Notes: a model not told the origin generated them from the sequence alone. Positions 7,007 through 17,370 are shown, counted from the first letter of the stretch. The stretch: DNA of 21,298 nucleotides from Candidatus Micrarchaeaceae archaeon (GCA_038873795.1 JAVZDR010000006.1:1-21298); one strand, 5' to 3'. Made by a program: numbers and translations.

Positions 7007-8584
7007 TCAGCCATACACTTTTGCCACATTGTTGTAAAGCCTCCTCCAAATGAACTTGTTCACAAGCAGTATCATAATTGTGAGGTTTGCAAGCGCGATG
7101 AGCATGAGCAACATATTGCCGCTGTCAAGGGAAAGGTCCAAAAGCTTGCCTATGCCCACGCTGACGCTGCTTATCACAGCACCATTGCCTATCGCTGTGC
7201 TTGTGAAATACTCTGCGACTATGCTTGCATTCCATTCTGCAGCTATGCCCGTGACAGCGCCTGTTATCAATCCTGGCATTATGGCCTTGAGGTATATATT
7301 CCTGAATGCATTCTTGCCCTTTACCTGGAATACCTCCTTTACCTCCATTATGCTCTGTGGCATTGTTCTGGTGCTTGCTATTATGCTGAATATCACGTAC
7401 CATATCCCGCTCAGGACAAAGACGAAGAATGCTACAAGCTCTCCATGCAGAGGCTGCCTGCTCAGAAGTATAGCAACTGGCGGCAATAGGACAGTGGCAG
7501 GTATGGAAGCGAGTATCTGCATGCCAAGAAGATAGCTGCCCGGATGTTTTGAGAGGAATGCTATGTATATTGAGAGGGGCACTCCTATGAGCAGTATTAT
7601 TGCAAAAGAGAGCCAAACCCTGGCTATGCTTGCAGCAAGGGCAAGCAGCACCTCCGACTCATACGAAAAGATCTTTGCGCCAAATATGTAGACAAGAAGC
7701 GCTATAATTGTCAAAACCGCAGCAGCCGCCGCTACTACGTATTTTGGCCTGCTTTTTTGCAATGAACTTGCCTCAGCATATTCTCTCGCCTTGGCCATGT
7801 GCGCCCGCCTCCTGAAGAGCCTGATGCGGGAACTAATATGGATTCTTGGCACGTTCATAATGAAGAATCTGCGATGGTGCTCCCTCAATCTATACTGCTC
7901 CTTGGTTTTAGCAAAGCCCCCTTTCACATATACATTAACCTTCCTCTCTAATGGTGCGAAAAAAAGGAATCTTGTAAGGATGACAAACGCAATGAATACG
8001 CCAAGTGCAATAGCATATCCAACGAAGTTTCCGCTAAGCGCGAGGTTGGTTATCGCAACCCCTATGCCATACTTAACAGCGTAAGTGGCTCTACCTGTTG
8101 AAAATATTTCGCTTGTCACGAGGTAGAAGAGGCCTATGGACCATGAGAGTACAGATTGCTCGATAACTCGAGGCATTGCCGCGGGTATGAATATCTTCCT
8201 AAGCTTCTCAATCACACCCATATGATATAGCATTGCAAGCTCCATAAATTCTTTTGGCAAGGTCTTTATCGATTCATAGACGCCGAATGCTATATTCCAT
8301 ACCATGCTTGTTATTATCAGGAAAATCACTGCCACGTTGATTCCTATGAATCCGGGAAGCAATGCAACAAATACATATATGACGAAAGGGAAGAATGCAA
8401 GTATTGGTAGCGTTTGGAATATGTCAAGCACAGGTATTATAACCCGCTCTGCCTTCCTGTTTAGTGCTGCATATATGCCGACGCCAAGGCTTATAAGTAT
8501 TGAAAAGAAGAGGGCTATGAACATCCTCACCCATGAGAAGGTCGTGTCTACAAGCAGATTCGCAAGCAGGCTATAGGCAAGCAT
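7007..8584 (-). CDS. NitT/TauT family ABC permease with two fused transmembrane domains
   Basis: Two repeats (DIFQTLPILAFFP...WNIAFGVYES...EAA-like loop...IPAAMP and QILASIPATVLLP...WYVIFSI...LKAIMP) joined by a basic linker. The track starts at GTG 8596; ATG 8584 after GGTG is likely. Confidence 0.92.
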   Translation of the reverse strand: MLAYSLLANLLVDTTFSWVRMFIALFFSILISLGVGIYAALNRKAERVIIPVLDIFQTLPILAFFPFVIYVFVALLPGFIGINVAVIFLIITSMVWNIAFGVYESIKTLPKEFMELAMLYHMGVIEKLRKIFIPAAMPRVIEQSVLSWSIGLFYLVTSEIFSTGRATYAVKYGIGVAITNLALSGNFVGYAIALGVFIAFVILTRFLFFAPLERKVNVYVKGGFAKTKEQYRLREHHRRFFIMNVPRIHISSRIRLFRRRAHMAKAREYAEASSLQKSRPKYVVAAAAAVLTIIALLVYIFGAKIFSYESEVLLALAASIARVWLSFAIILLIGVPLSIYIAFLSKHPGSYLLGMQILASIPATVLLPPVAILLSRQPLHGELVAFFVFVLSGIWYVIFSIIASTRTMPQSIMEVKEVFQVKGKNAFRNIYLKAIMPGLITGAVTGIAAEWNASIVAEYFTSTAIGNGAVISSVSVGIGKLLDLSLDSGNMLLMLIALANLTIMILLVNKFIWRRLYNNVAKVYG

Positions 8585-8692
8585 GGTCAGCACCACATCT
8601 CAGGATAATTCATAAAACGCTGCCAAATTATAAAAGGTTGTGTGATGGACTTTAGCGGCTATTTTTTTAAGCTTATATGCAAATAGATATCC

Positions 8693-8887
8693 ATGGCAAT
8701 TTCAAAGAGGCTTGCACTTCAGATACTCAAGGAGATGGGCGCCAAGCGCGTCAGCGAATCCGCAGCATCCGAATTCTCAGACAGGCTAAACAAGCTCGCA
8801 TACAGGATTGCGGGCAAGGCCGTCAAGCTTGCCGCCCACGCAAAGAGAAAGACTGTTAAAAAATCTGATATAGACCTCGCGGAATGA
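8693..8887 (+). CDS. Archaeal histone (HMfA/HMfB family)
   Basis: 64 aa with GAKRVS (L1), A.HAKRKTVK..DI.LA (L2/alpha3) and conserved H49/D59 equivalents. TTTTTAA TATA-like box ~23 nt upstream. Confidence 0.95.
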   Translation: MAISKRLALQILKEMGAKRVSESAASEFSDRLNKLAYRIAGKAVKLAAHAKRKTVKKSDIDLAE

Positions 8888-9319
8888 TCAGACGCTTTTG
8901 TTTGCTATGGTGTTTGCAACGGTTGCATTTATGGTTGTGCTGGGCGAGGTTGTGGGCGCTGTGGGCATTACCGTCGTTATTCCGGTTATCTGAGCAAACC
9001 TGCCGTTAGCGAACCATGTGTATATGTCGTAGAGAAACGCTGTCGAATACGAAACCGAAAACGATCCATACTTGAGGAAGTAATAGGCTGTAGAAGCTAT
9101 TACCAATAATATTATTACAACGAAGATGGCACTCACAAGGAGGCGCAGAAACTTGTAGCCTATGAAGAGCAGTAGTATTATCAGAGCCAAGCCGACTATG
9201 CCCCTATATATCGGCGGAACCGGAGTCGTCTGCCCCAGAGCCGTCGAATTTATCGCAAGCGTGGAATTTATCGAGTTGGTGCCAAGCACTGGGAGCAGCA
9301 TCATCATCAGGTAAATCAT
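8888..9319 (-). CDS. Small membrane protein with two central TM helices and Thr/Pro/Asn-rich termini, unknown function
   Basis: The track gives 8888..9379, but a TATA (TTTTATAT, minus strand ~9341-9348) favours ATG 9319 or 9307. Hydrophobic helices and 4 N-x-S/T sequons. Confidence 0.7.
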   Translation of the reverse strand: MIYLMMMLLPVLGTNSINSTLAINSTALGQTTPVPPIYRGIVGLALIILLLFIGYKFLRLLVSAIFVVIILLVIASTAYYFLKYGSFSVSYSTAFLYDIYTWFANGRFAQITGITTVMPTAPTTSPSTTINATVANTIANKSV

Positions 9320-9383
9320 GCAATCATATTGGCAAAAACAATATAAAAGCCTTGCTGCATTCTCGCGTTCGCCTCCCATCCGG

Positions 9384-10010
9384 TCATCTCTGCTTCTGCC
9401 TCTCTAGCCTCTTCTTCACATGCTTCAGGGCTGCAAACATGTCCCTGTCGATTTCCTCAAGTCGCATGGCTATATATTTAGACTGGTTCAGTATGCTTGG
9501 TATGACAACATACTCCAGCGCATTGACCCTCCGCTTTGTCTTATCGATCTCCATGACCAGCCTTTTCAGCCCCTGCTCCCTTTGTGCAACATCGATCATC
9601 ACATTTGCTGCATTTGAGAAGTCACTGCTTATGTCGTCAGCTGCAACATTCGTCGATATGATGTTGTAGTCAACCGCAGCCTGCTCTCCAGCCCTGCTTA
9701 TCTCAGGCACCTTCACACCCATTATGTTCTTAACAGTTATTTTTATTGGCGCAGCCTCTTCCACGTGCATTGCGACCTCCTCAAGCTCAAAGTTGCCTAT
9801 GTATGCTGAGGCTATTGCGACACCTCTGTATGCCCTTTCCATTATTGCGTTAAGGTAATTTATGTCGCTCTTAGACATCTTGAGCATCTTGAGAAACTCT
9901 ATCACAAGGACCTCCCTCTTCCTCTTCAATATGCTGTGGCCTTTCCTGGCCATTGCCACCCTCCTTCTGAGGTTTATGAGGTTCATCCTTGTAGGGTTTA
10001 GATTCTGCAA
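9384..10010 (-). CDS. atpD: A/V-type ATP synthase subunit D
   Basis: PTRMNL, GHSILKRKRE, NIMGVKVP and TKRRVNALE motifs; TTG start; last gene of the operon. Confidence 0.97.
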   Translation of the reverse strand: MQNLNPTRMNLINLRRRVAMARKGHSILKRKREVLVIEFLKMLKMSKSDINYLNAIMERAYRGVAIASAYIGNFELEEVAMHVEEAAPIKITVKNIMGVKVPEISRAGEQAAVDYNIISTNVAADDISSDFSNAANVMIDVAQREQGLKRLVMEIDKTKRRVNALEYVVIPSILNQSKYIAMRLEEIDRDMFAALKHVKKRLERQKQR

Positions 10011-10014
10011 TGCA

Positions 10015-11394
10015 TCACTTCTTTCTGTAATACTTTGATATGTATTCTTCCTTTATCCTTGTGAGCTCTGATTCTGGCAGCATGGAGAGCAGGTTCCAGC
10101 CTATGCCAAGGGTATCCTCTATGCTTCTATCTTCGTAGGGCCCCTGCCCTATGAACTTGCTTTCAAAAGCCTCACCGAACTTTAGGTACATCTTGTCGCT
10201 CTCGCTCAGCGCCTCTGCCCCAACAATTGAGCTCAGGTTCCTCGCATCTTGGGCCTTCGCATATGCGCCGTAGAGCTGGTCCGCCACTCCCCTGTGGTCC
10301 TCCCTGGTCTTTCCAGCGCCTATCCCATTGCTCATTAGCCTCGACAAGGATCCCAATGGGTTTATTGGCGGATAAATGCCCCTGTTGCTCAGCTCCCTTG
10401 CAAGGAAGATCTGGCCCTCTGTTATATAGCCTGTAAGGTCGGGTATTGGATGCGTAACGTCGTCGCTCGGCATTGATACAACATTGAGCTGGGTTATGCT
10501 GCCCTTCTTACCCTTGACTATGCCTGCCCTCTCATATATGCTTGCAAGGTCTGTATACATGTAGCCAGGGTAGCCCCTTCTTCCGGGCACCTCCTCCCTG
10601 GCGCTAGAGAGCTCCCTCAGCGCCTCGCAGTAGTTTGTCATGTCGTCGAGCATAACAAGCACATGCATCTCTTTCTCATAGGCGAGATACTCGGCTGTCG
10701 TGAGCGCGAGCCTTGGCGTCAGTATCCTCTCTATGCTTGGGTCGTCTGCGAGGTTTATGAAAGCCACGCTTCTTGAAAGGGCGCCGGTCTTCCTAAACTC
10801 ATTTATGAAGTACATTGCATCGTCATATGTTATGCCTATCCCAGCAAACACAACCGCGAACTTTTCCTGGGTGCTCTTGACCTTTGCCTGCCTTGCTATC
10901 TGCGCTGCAAGTTGGTTGTGCGGCAGCCCTGACCCTGAGAAGATCGGCAGCTTCTGGCCCCTAACAAGGGTCATTAGCCCATCTATTCCAGATACTCCAG
11001 TCTCTATGAAATCTGAAGGCATGGCCCTTGCAGCCGGATTTATCGGTGCACCATTTATATCGCGCTTTTCTTTGTATGGCACCTCGCCTCCAGAATCCCT
11101 CGGCCTGCCCTGGCCGTCGAATATTCTGCCAAGCATCTCTTCTGATACACCAACGCTGAAAGTCTCGCCGAGGAAGCTCACAGAGGCCTTCTCAATGTCT
11201 ATGCCGGTTGTAGGCCCGAAGACCTGCACAACAGCATTTTTGTCGCTGGTATCGAGCACCTGGCCCAGCCTGGTTTCGCCGTTCTGCAGCTTTATCCTTA
11301 CTATCTCGCCGTAGGCTGCGCTGCTAACCTTCCCCACGACTATCAAAGGCCCTGCAATGCTTTCTATGGTCCTATAATCTATATCAAATCTCAT
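10015..11394 (-). CDS. atpB: A/V-type ATP synthase subunit B
   Basis: [32 protein letters not shown] and [16 protein letters not shown] motifs. Confidence 0.98.
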   Translation of the reverse strand: MRFDIDYRTIESIAGPLIVVGKVSSAAYGEIVRIKLQNGETRLGQVLDTSDKNAVVQVFGPTTGIDIEKASVSFLGETFSVGVSEEMLGRIFDGQGRPRDSGGEVPYKEKRDINGAPINPAARAMPSDFIETGVSGIDGLMTLVRGQKLPIFSGSGLPHNQLAAQIARQAKVKSTQEKFAVVFAGIGITYDDAMYFINEFRKTGALSRSVAFINLADDPSIERILTPRLALTTAEYLAYEKEMHVLVMLDDMTNYCEALRELSSAREEVPGRRGYPGYMYTDLASIYERAGIVKGKKGSITQLNVVSMPSDDVTHPIPDLTGYITEGQIFLARELSNRGIYPPINPLGSLSRLMSNGIGAGKTREDHRGVADQLYGAYAKAQDARNLSSIVGAEALSESDKMYLKFGEAFESKFIGQGPYEDRSIEDTLGIGWNLLSMLPESELTRIKEEYISKYYRKK

Positions 11395-11396
11395 GC

Positions 11397-13184
11397 TTAC
11401 ACCCTTGCGGCACCCTCGCTCTCCTCAGCCTGCTCTTGCTTCCTGAGCCGCGCGAATTCCTCGTCTATCTTCTCATTTATTTTTGCTATCGATTTCTCAG
11501 CATCAGCTTCCTTTATGCCTTTCATCCTTGCTATATCGCCCCTGACCATCATCTTTGATACAGCGTCTGCCGAAACCCCCGCGCCCACCGCATCAATAGC
11601 GCCCTTAGCAAAGTGCAGTATAGTTGAGAGCATCAGGTGCTGCTTCTTTAGGCTTGTGTATGTATCTATATCGTCATATGCACTCTGCCTCAAATAATCC
11701 TCTCGGAGCATCCTGCCTATTTCGAGTATGACTCTCTCCGAGTCTGGAAGTGCGTCTGCCCCGACAAGCTGCACCACATCCTTGAGTTCGCTTTCCCTCT
11801 GCAGTATCTTCATTGCCTCCTTTCTCTCTGTGGCAAACCTTTCTCCGACGTTCTTGGCATACCATTGCTCCAGCGCATCAAGGTAAAGCGAGTAGCTGGT
11901 GAGCCAGTTTATTGCCGGGAAATGCCTCGATCCGGCAAGCGCAGCATCGAGCGACCAGAATGTCTTCACGACCCTTAGGGTGCCCTGCGAGACAGGCTCA
12001 GAAAGGTCGCCGCCAGGAGGCGATACCGCACCTATCACGCTTACTGAGCCTATCTTACCGCTCAGCGCAACGACCTTGCCCGCACGCTCGTAGAATTCTG
12101 CAAGCCTCTTCGGCAGGTATGCAGGATAGCCCTCCTCGCCAGGCATCTCCTCCAGCCTTGCCGATATTTCCCTCATCGCCTCCGCCCATCTCGATGTGGA
12201 ATCAGCCATGAGCGCAACGCTGTAGCCCATGTCCCTGAAGTATTCAGCTATGGTTATGCTTGTATAGATGCTAGCCTCTCTTGCAGCTACCGGCATATTG
12301 CTCGTGTTTGCAATGAGCACAGTCCTTTCCATGAGCGGCTTGCCGCTCTTTGGATCTTTGAGCTCGGGGAATTCTGTCAGCACCTCTGTCATCTCATTGC
12401 CCCGCTCGCCCGCGCCGCAGTAGACTATAACATCTGCATCAGACCATTTTGCCAGCTGATGCTGGATTACTGTCTTTCCTGATCCGAAGGGCCCAGGTAC
12501 CGCAGCTGTGCCTCCCTTTGCTACAGGGAAGAATGTGTCGATGACGCGCTGGCCTGTTATGAGAGGCTCCTCAAAGCCTATCTTCTCCTTATATGGTGAA
12601 GCATTCCTCACAGAGCGAGTCTGCGACATTGTAACCAATGCAATGCCCTTTCCTGTATCAACTTTTGCAACCCAGTCTTTGACAGTAAACTTGCCACTCC
12701 TTATCTGCTTCAGCTTGCCCTCAATCCCTGCAGGAACCATAATGTAATGTTTTATCAAATCCGTCTCTTGCACATAGCCTATTATCATGCCCTGCTTTAT
12801 CTGATGCCCCTCCTTCATGGATTTATCTGCAACGAAGTCCCACTTCTTTGATCTGCTTATCGGCTCTGCGACTATGCCCTTCCCTATGAAAGTGCCGCTC
12901 TTGCTCCTTATTGTCTCAAGGGGCCTCTGCGTTCCGTCATATATGTTGCCAAGCAGGCCCGGCCCGAGTTCTACAGAGAGAGGCATGCCTGTTGATTCAA
13001 CAGGCTCGCGAGGCCTAAGGCCATTCGTATCCTCATATACCTGTATGATGGCCATGCTGCCCCTGAGCTGTATTATCTCTCCAATGAGCTTCTGCTTGCC
13101 TACCTTGACGACATCATACATCTTGCTTCCAAGCATTTCCTCAGCAATGACCAGAGGTCCTGAAATTCTTTCTATATAGCCCAA
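11397..13184 (-). CDS. atpA: A/V-type ATP synthase catalytic subunit A
   Basis: Walker [28 protein letters not shown] and [15 protein letters not shown] start after GGTGG. No intein (595 aa). Confidence 0.98.
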   Translation of the reverse strand: MGYIERISGPLVIAEEMLGSKMYDVVKVGKQKLIGEIIQLRGSMAIIQVYEDTNGLRPREPVESTGMPLSVELGPGLLGNIYDGTQRPLETIRSKSGTFIGKGIVAEPISRSKKWDFVADKSMKEGHQIKQGMIIGYVQETDLIKHYIMVPAGIEGKLKQIRSGKFTVKDWVAKVDTGKGIALVTMSQTRSVRNASPYKEKIGFEEPLITGQRVIDTFFPVAKGGTAAVPGPFGSGKTVIQHQLAKWSDADVIVYCGAGERGNEMTEVLTEFPELKDPKSGKPLMERTVLIANTSNMPVAAREASIYTSITIAEYFRDMGYSVALMADSTSRWAEAMREISARLEEMPGEEGYPAYLPKRLAEFYERAGKVVALSGKIGSVSVIGAVSPPGGDLSEPVSQGTLRVVKTFWSLDAALAGSRHFPAINWLTSYSLYLDALEQWYAKNVGERFATERKEAMKILQRESELKDVVQLVGADALPDSERVILEIGRMLREDYLRQSAYDDIDTYTSLKKQHLMLSTILHFAKGAIDAVGAGVSADAVSKMMVRGDIARMKGIKEADAEKSIAKINEKIDEEFARLRKQEQAEESEGAARV

Positions 13185-13192
13185 TTGACCAC

Positions 13193-13534
13193 CTAAACAT
13201 TCTTCGTAATGTCTATGCCTATTGCTTTTATTATAAGCCTCTTAAGTGTCTCGCTCTCGACGCCCTTCTCGCCATATTCCGGTATCTCTATTATAAGGGG
13301 CAGGAGGCTGTTTGTTATAGCGTTCTGCAGTTTTCTGTCTTTTATCTGCCTCACGAGCCCGCTTGTTATCGCTATGAGCCCTATGTCCTGCCTCTGCAGC
13401 AGCTCCCTGAGAAGCCTCTCAGCCTCTTCACCCCTCTCCACCTCGAATGCCTCTGTTATGCCAGCAAGCTTGAAGCCGAGCACTGGGAGCTCGCTGCCTA
13501 TCACCGCTATCTTGTAGCTCTTTACAGATTCCAT
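13193..13534 (-). CDS. atpF: A/V-type ATP synthase subunit F
   Basis: IAVIG, GFKLAGI, P.IIEIP and AIGIDI motifs; lies between C and A. Confidence 0.95.
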   Translation of the reverse strand: MESVKSYKIAVIGSELPVLGFKLAGITEAFEVERGEEAERLLRELLQRQDIGLIAITSGLVRQIKDRKLQNAITNSLLPLIIEIPEYGEKGVESETLKRLIIKAIGIDITKNV

Positions 13535-14595
13535 GTTATCAGTTCGCTTATCTCCTCCTTGCTTAGGCCATAGAGCATGCCCTTTGCGAGTATCCTTATA
13601 GTAAAGACCTCTATTTCCTTTAGGTACATATATGCAAGTATTGTGGTAAAGGAGAGCACGCTGTGCCTGAGCAGCTTTATGCTTGAGTTGAAGATACTGT
13701 TCCTCATGCCAACTTCAAATGTGAGCATGCGCTTTGCATCGTCCTTCTTGTAAACCTCTATTGCGTGCTTCAGGTCGAAGCCCCTGAGCTGCGCCGCCAT
13801 TTCCTCAATCTCTTTAGATGATTCGTAAATCCTCTCGAGCTCTGCGCCCTTGATATCGCCCCCCTCAATAAGCAGCGGCCTTACAGCGGAGAAGCCAAGC
13901 TGCCTCCTCTTCGCCCTTATCATTGTAAGAGCATTCCTCATGTCTATGTCCATCTTTGCTATCCTTGCCGCTTCAGCGCCTATGTCCTTCATTGGTATGA
14001 TCACGCGCCCTAGCTGGGTGTAGTAGACTTTGTCAAGCTCCGCTATTGCATCAAGCGTATTCCTGCTCTTCCTATAGGCATCGAGGCTCTGCTGTATTGC
14101 CTTTGCGTATGGTGAATTTGGGAGAAGCCTTGAGAGCATTCCCTCTACAGTTTCCTCCCTGAGCACATCCTTGATCACAGTCGCGTTGTACATGCCATAA
14201 TCCACAATGTATGCTGCTATCTTCTCGAAGCCGAGGGATTTGCCCTTTGCCTCTATGGCTATGCGCACGTTGTATAAATCCCACTTGCCGATTATTGCCC
14301 TCGTTATGCTCCTGTACTCTGTCGGGGTAGCCGCCACAAGCTTGCTCAGGCTTATGGCCAGACTCTTGCTCAGGACAAAGTCGAGGAATTCCGGTTGTGT
14401 GTTTACGCCGCCGAACTCAATCATCTGCTCCCTGTAGCTAGTGCCGAATAGCGTAGAGACAATGCTCCCAACGTCCTTGGCATTGATTATTGACTGCATG
14501 GTCTCCCTGCTGATGAGCCTGGATTCCATTGCCTTTACTCTTGCGGTGGAGTAGCCGAAGACCGAGGCTGCGCTGTATCCGGATAGCACCATCAA
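13522..14595 (-). CDS. atpC: A/V-type ATP synthase subunit C (d/AC39 family)
   Basis: Y..ARVKAM...L, WDLYN, D..N....R.K and AY...KE.EV..IR....G motifs; operon position. Confidence 0.93.
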   Translation of the reverse strand: MMVLSGYSAASVFGYSTARVKAMESRLISRETMQSIINAKDVGSIVSTLFGTSYREQMIEFGGVNTQPEFLDFVLSKSLAISLSKLVAATPTEYRSITRAIIGKWDLYNVRIAIEAKGKSLGFEKIAAYIVDYGMYNATVIKDVLREETVEGMLSRLLPNSPYAKAIQQSLDAYRKSRNTLDAIAELDKVYYTQLGRVIIPMKDIGAEAARIAKMDIDMRNALTMIRAKRRQLGFSAVRPLLIEGGDIKGAELERIYESSKEIEEMAAQLRGFDLKHAIEVYKKDDAKRMLTFEVGMRNSIFNSSIKLLRHSVLSFTTILAYMYLKEIEVFTIRILAKGMLYGLSKEEISELITWNL

Positions 14596-14596
14596 A

Positions 14597-15232
14597 TTAC
14601 CTCTTCACATTTTTTACCGCATTGCGCTTCGCCTTTGCTGTGCTGCGCTTCCTCGGGTGTGCGCCATGCATCACTGCACGCTCAGGCAAGGCCTCGGAGA
14701 CTGCGCCAAAAATGCTGCTGGCATATCTCTCAACCATGCTCTCTGGTGTGGCTCTCAGTGTGAGCCTGCCATCTGCGCTTCTTATGGTAAAGCCCTCTAT
14801 ATCACTTATCACCACATTCATGCCACTGGCCTTTGCTGCCTCAGCATACCTTTTGCCGACCTCTATTCTCGCGCCCTCAAGCTCTGTGACCTTTGCGAAG
14901 CTCTTCACAGCCGCTTGGATTATCTCGCCCATATGAGATTCGAGCTCTCTTGCGACCCTCCTTTTTATCAGCTCAGCCTCTCTCTCGATAGCCGCGCTCC
15001 GCGCCTTTGCTATTCTGCCCTTTGCCTCGTACTCAGCATTTGCTTCGCCAGATGCTCTTATGCTTGCAGCCTCTGAATCCGCAGCTTTCTTAGCGTCTTC
15101 AAGCATCTGCCTGGCCTTGGATTTAGCCTCCTCTAAGAGCCGCTCGGCCTCAGCCTCAGCCTGCCTCTTGAGAGTTGCAGCTTCTTCTGCCGCTTTCTGC
15201 TCTATCTCTTTCTCTATAGCTTCTAGGGCCAT
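14597..15232 (-). CDS. atpE: A/V-type ATP synthase subunit E (peripheral stalk)
   Basis: MALE.I..EI start, long Ala/Glu/Lys coiled coil and C-terminal GF.I.S.DG; lies between K and C. Confidence 0.88.
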   Translation of the reverse strand: MALEAIEKEIEQKAAEEAATLKRQAEAEAERLLEEAKSKARQMLEDAKKAADSEAASIRASGEANAEYEAKGRIAKARSAAIEREAELIKRRVARELESHMGEIIQAAVKSFAKVTELEGARIEVGKRYAEAAKASGMNVVISDIEGFTIRSADGRLTLRATPESMVERYASSIFGAVSEALPERAVMHGAHPRKRSTAKAKRNAVKNVKR

Positions 15233-15241
15233 GCAAACCCC

Positions 15242-15478
15242 TTATATTATCCCGGCGTATAGCATGACCAATATGGCTATGACGAAGCCGAAGATGAGGA
15301 GAGTTTCTGGCAGCACCAGGAAAAGCAGCACAATGCCCATCTGGTCTGGTTTCTCAGCTATCAAGCCAAGCCCAGCGCTGCCTATTCCGGACTGCGCCAT
15401 TCCTGTGCCTATTGCTCCTCCAGCTATTGCTATCCCTGCGCCGATTGCCGCTATCGCGGCTTCAGTTGTTATTGCCAT
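15242..15478 (-). CDS. atpK: A/V-type ATP synthase proteolipid subunit K (c), single hairpin
   Basis: 78 aa, Gly/Ala-rich helix 1, AEKP loop, and the ion-binding Glu in LPETL. Confidence 0.97.
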   Translation of the reverse strand: MAITTEAAIAAIGAGIAIAGGAIGTGMAQSGIGSAGLGLIAEKPDQMGIVLLFLVLPETLLIFGFVIAILVMLYAGII

Positions 15479-15486
15479 AAAACCAT

Positions 15487-17370
15487 CTATTCCTCTTTAG
15501 TATAAAACCTCTTATAAGAGAAGGGCCTAAACTTAATGCCGCCGCCCATGTAGAACTTTGAGAAGAACTCCACAAAATTCAGCCTTATGCCTTGCACTAT
15601 GCCCTCGAATATTGCGAGTATCATATTCAGGAAGTGAAGCATTATAAATACAATCAGCAGCGCAAAGAAGACGAGTATGCCATGGGCAAATGTCGGCGTG
15701 AAGGCCATATCTATAAGCATTGCTATTATTACGCTCCCCAAGCCGAAGCCCATCAGCCTCGCATAGCTCAGAGGGTGGGTTATGAGGTTTGTAAGCTCGC
15801 TCGCCTCTATGCCGCTCAATGCGCCGGTTGCGCCAAGGGCTATCACAGCTATTATTGCAGTGGGCACAGCCAATGATGCGCTGAGCAGGCCGAAGAAGCC
15901 GCTTGCAACCGCGACTGTGCCGAAGGCTATTGTTGCTATGCCAGTGAGCTTGCTTACAGCGAGCTTTTTCTTGTTGTGGTTATAGTCGTTTACGAAGCCG
16001 AAGAAGAGGCCGAGGCAGACCTGGACTATGCCAAAGAGTATGCTTATGCCTATTATGACTGTAGCGTCCTTAAGCCAGCTGAAGCCAGCGAAATTGATAA
16101 AGTACTGGTTGAGCTGGAAGCCGAAGTATTGGTTTGAAAGGAAGCCAAAGACTATGGCAGAGAGAGAAGTTAGCTGCCAGATCTTCGCTGCGTTGTGCAC
16201 AAGGCCTTCTGGATTTGTTATCTTTGCTATCCATGTCACAAAAAGCAGAGATGCAAGCCCGTAGCCGACATCGCTGACCATTAGGCCGTAGAAAATGGGG
16301 AAGAAAATTATGAAGACCCATGTTGGGTCTATCTCATCGCTTCTTGGGACTGAGTAGAATTCCATCATATAATCGAATGGCTTGAGAAAGCCAGGCCTAG
16401 ACATGAGCGTAGGTGCCAATTCGTCTGCCTTTACCTCTTCTATATAATACCTGCCCTTTGCAGCTCTTTTTATGCCCTCTTCAAGGCTAGCCATACTCCT
16501 CTTAGGAAGCCAGCCCTCTACAACAAACGTGCTCTCTGTCCTCTTGAATGAGCTGCTTATGCCAGCCCTTGCAGCCTCTATCTCAAGCATTTCCTTTATG
16601 CTTGCAAGCTCGTTGTAATGCCTTATGCTTATCCCGGCAATTTCGTCGTTGATCCTCTTGAGCCGCACCGAATATTCCTTTTCGAGCCGCTCTACATTCT
16701 TGAGCACAGTCTCTGGCTTAGCGTCCAAGTACTTTGCGCCCAAATCTATCTCCCTGAGCTTGGCCTCCTTTATTGCCTCTTCTATGCTTGAGGATTTTTC
16801 ATAAGCCACTAGCATGCCGATGTTTTTCTTGCCTGAGCCAATTATCACCTCAGCCCTTATCTTGGATTTTGAAATAAGATCTGCAGCCTTCTCCGCTTCC
16901 TTCCTCTCAGCCTCGAAAGCCCTGAATGAAAGTACACCGCTCCTTAATGCGCCGAAATCTATGCCAGTGCCTTCAAAGAGCCTCGCCACATGCGCTGCAT
17001 TCCTAAGCGCCGCAATCTCGTCACCGAGCTCCCTTCTGGTGTCATTGAGTTTGTATATCCTATCAATGATGTCATATCCCCTGAGCCTTGCCAAAAGTGC
17101 GGCAACCTCCTCATGGGCTTCGAGGTGTGCAGGCCTCTTCCATGCTTCGCTCCTCTTTTTCTTCCTCTCTATAATCTGCAGCGCACCTCCAACCTTTATA
17201 AGCATCTCAGAGATCTCGTTCAGCGATTCTGCAGGCGCATCATCCATGACCTGCAAGCCCCCTTTCCTTATCTCAAGCACGCCAAGCCTATGCAACTCCT
17301 TTATGATGGCCTGCTTGTCGCTCTGCAAGCCTATGATTCTCACTTTCTGCATCCGCTCCGTGCGTAACAT
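15487..17370 (-). CDS. atpI: A/V-type ATP synthase subunit I (a)
   Basis: EGW.P, EIDPT, GLM.SDVGYG, essential Arg in LSYARL, and RLNFVEFFSKFY.GGG..F.PF. Confidence 0.97.
   Translation of the reverse strand: MLRTERMQKVRIIGLQSDKQAIIKELHRLGVLEIRKGGLQVMDDAPAESLNEISEMLIKVGGALQIIERKKKRSEAWKRPAHLEAHEEVAALLARLRGYDIIDRIYKLNDTRRELGDEIAALRNAAHVARLFEGTGIDFGALRSGVLSFRAFEAERKEAEKAADLISKSKIRAEVIIGSGKKNIGMLVAYEKSSSIEEAIKEAKLREIDLGAKYLDAKPETVLKNVERLEKEYSVRLKRINDEIAGISIRHYNELASIKEMLEIEAARAGISSSFKRTESTFVVEGWLPKRSMASLEEGIKRAAKGRYYIEEVKADELAPTLMSRPGFLKPFDYMMEFYSVPRSDEIDPTWVFIIFFPIFYGLMVSDVGYGLASLLFVTWIAKITNPEGLVHNAAKIWQLTSLSAIVFGFLSNQYFGFQLNQYFINFAGFSWLKDATVIIGISILFGIVQVCLGLFFGFVNDYNHNKKKLAVSKLTGIATIAFGTVAVASGFFGLLSASLAVPTAIIAVIALGATGALSGIEASELTNLITHPLSYARLMGFGLGSVIIAMLIDMAFTPTFAHGILVFFALLIVFIMLHFLNMILAIFEGIVQGIRLNFVEFFSKFYMGGGIKFRPFSYKRFYTKEE

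Noticed and set aside
9246..9273. 10-bp direct repeat GAATTTATCG x2
   Set aside because: Only two copies, inside a CDS and encoding INST twice; not a CRISPR or mobile-element repeat.
11397..13184. Intein in atpA
   Set aside because: Normal length, and the motifs at the known insertion sites are uninterrupted.
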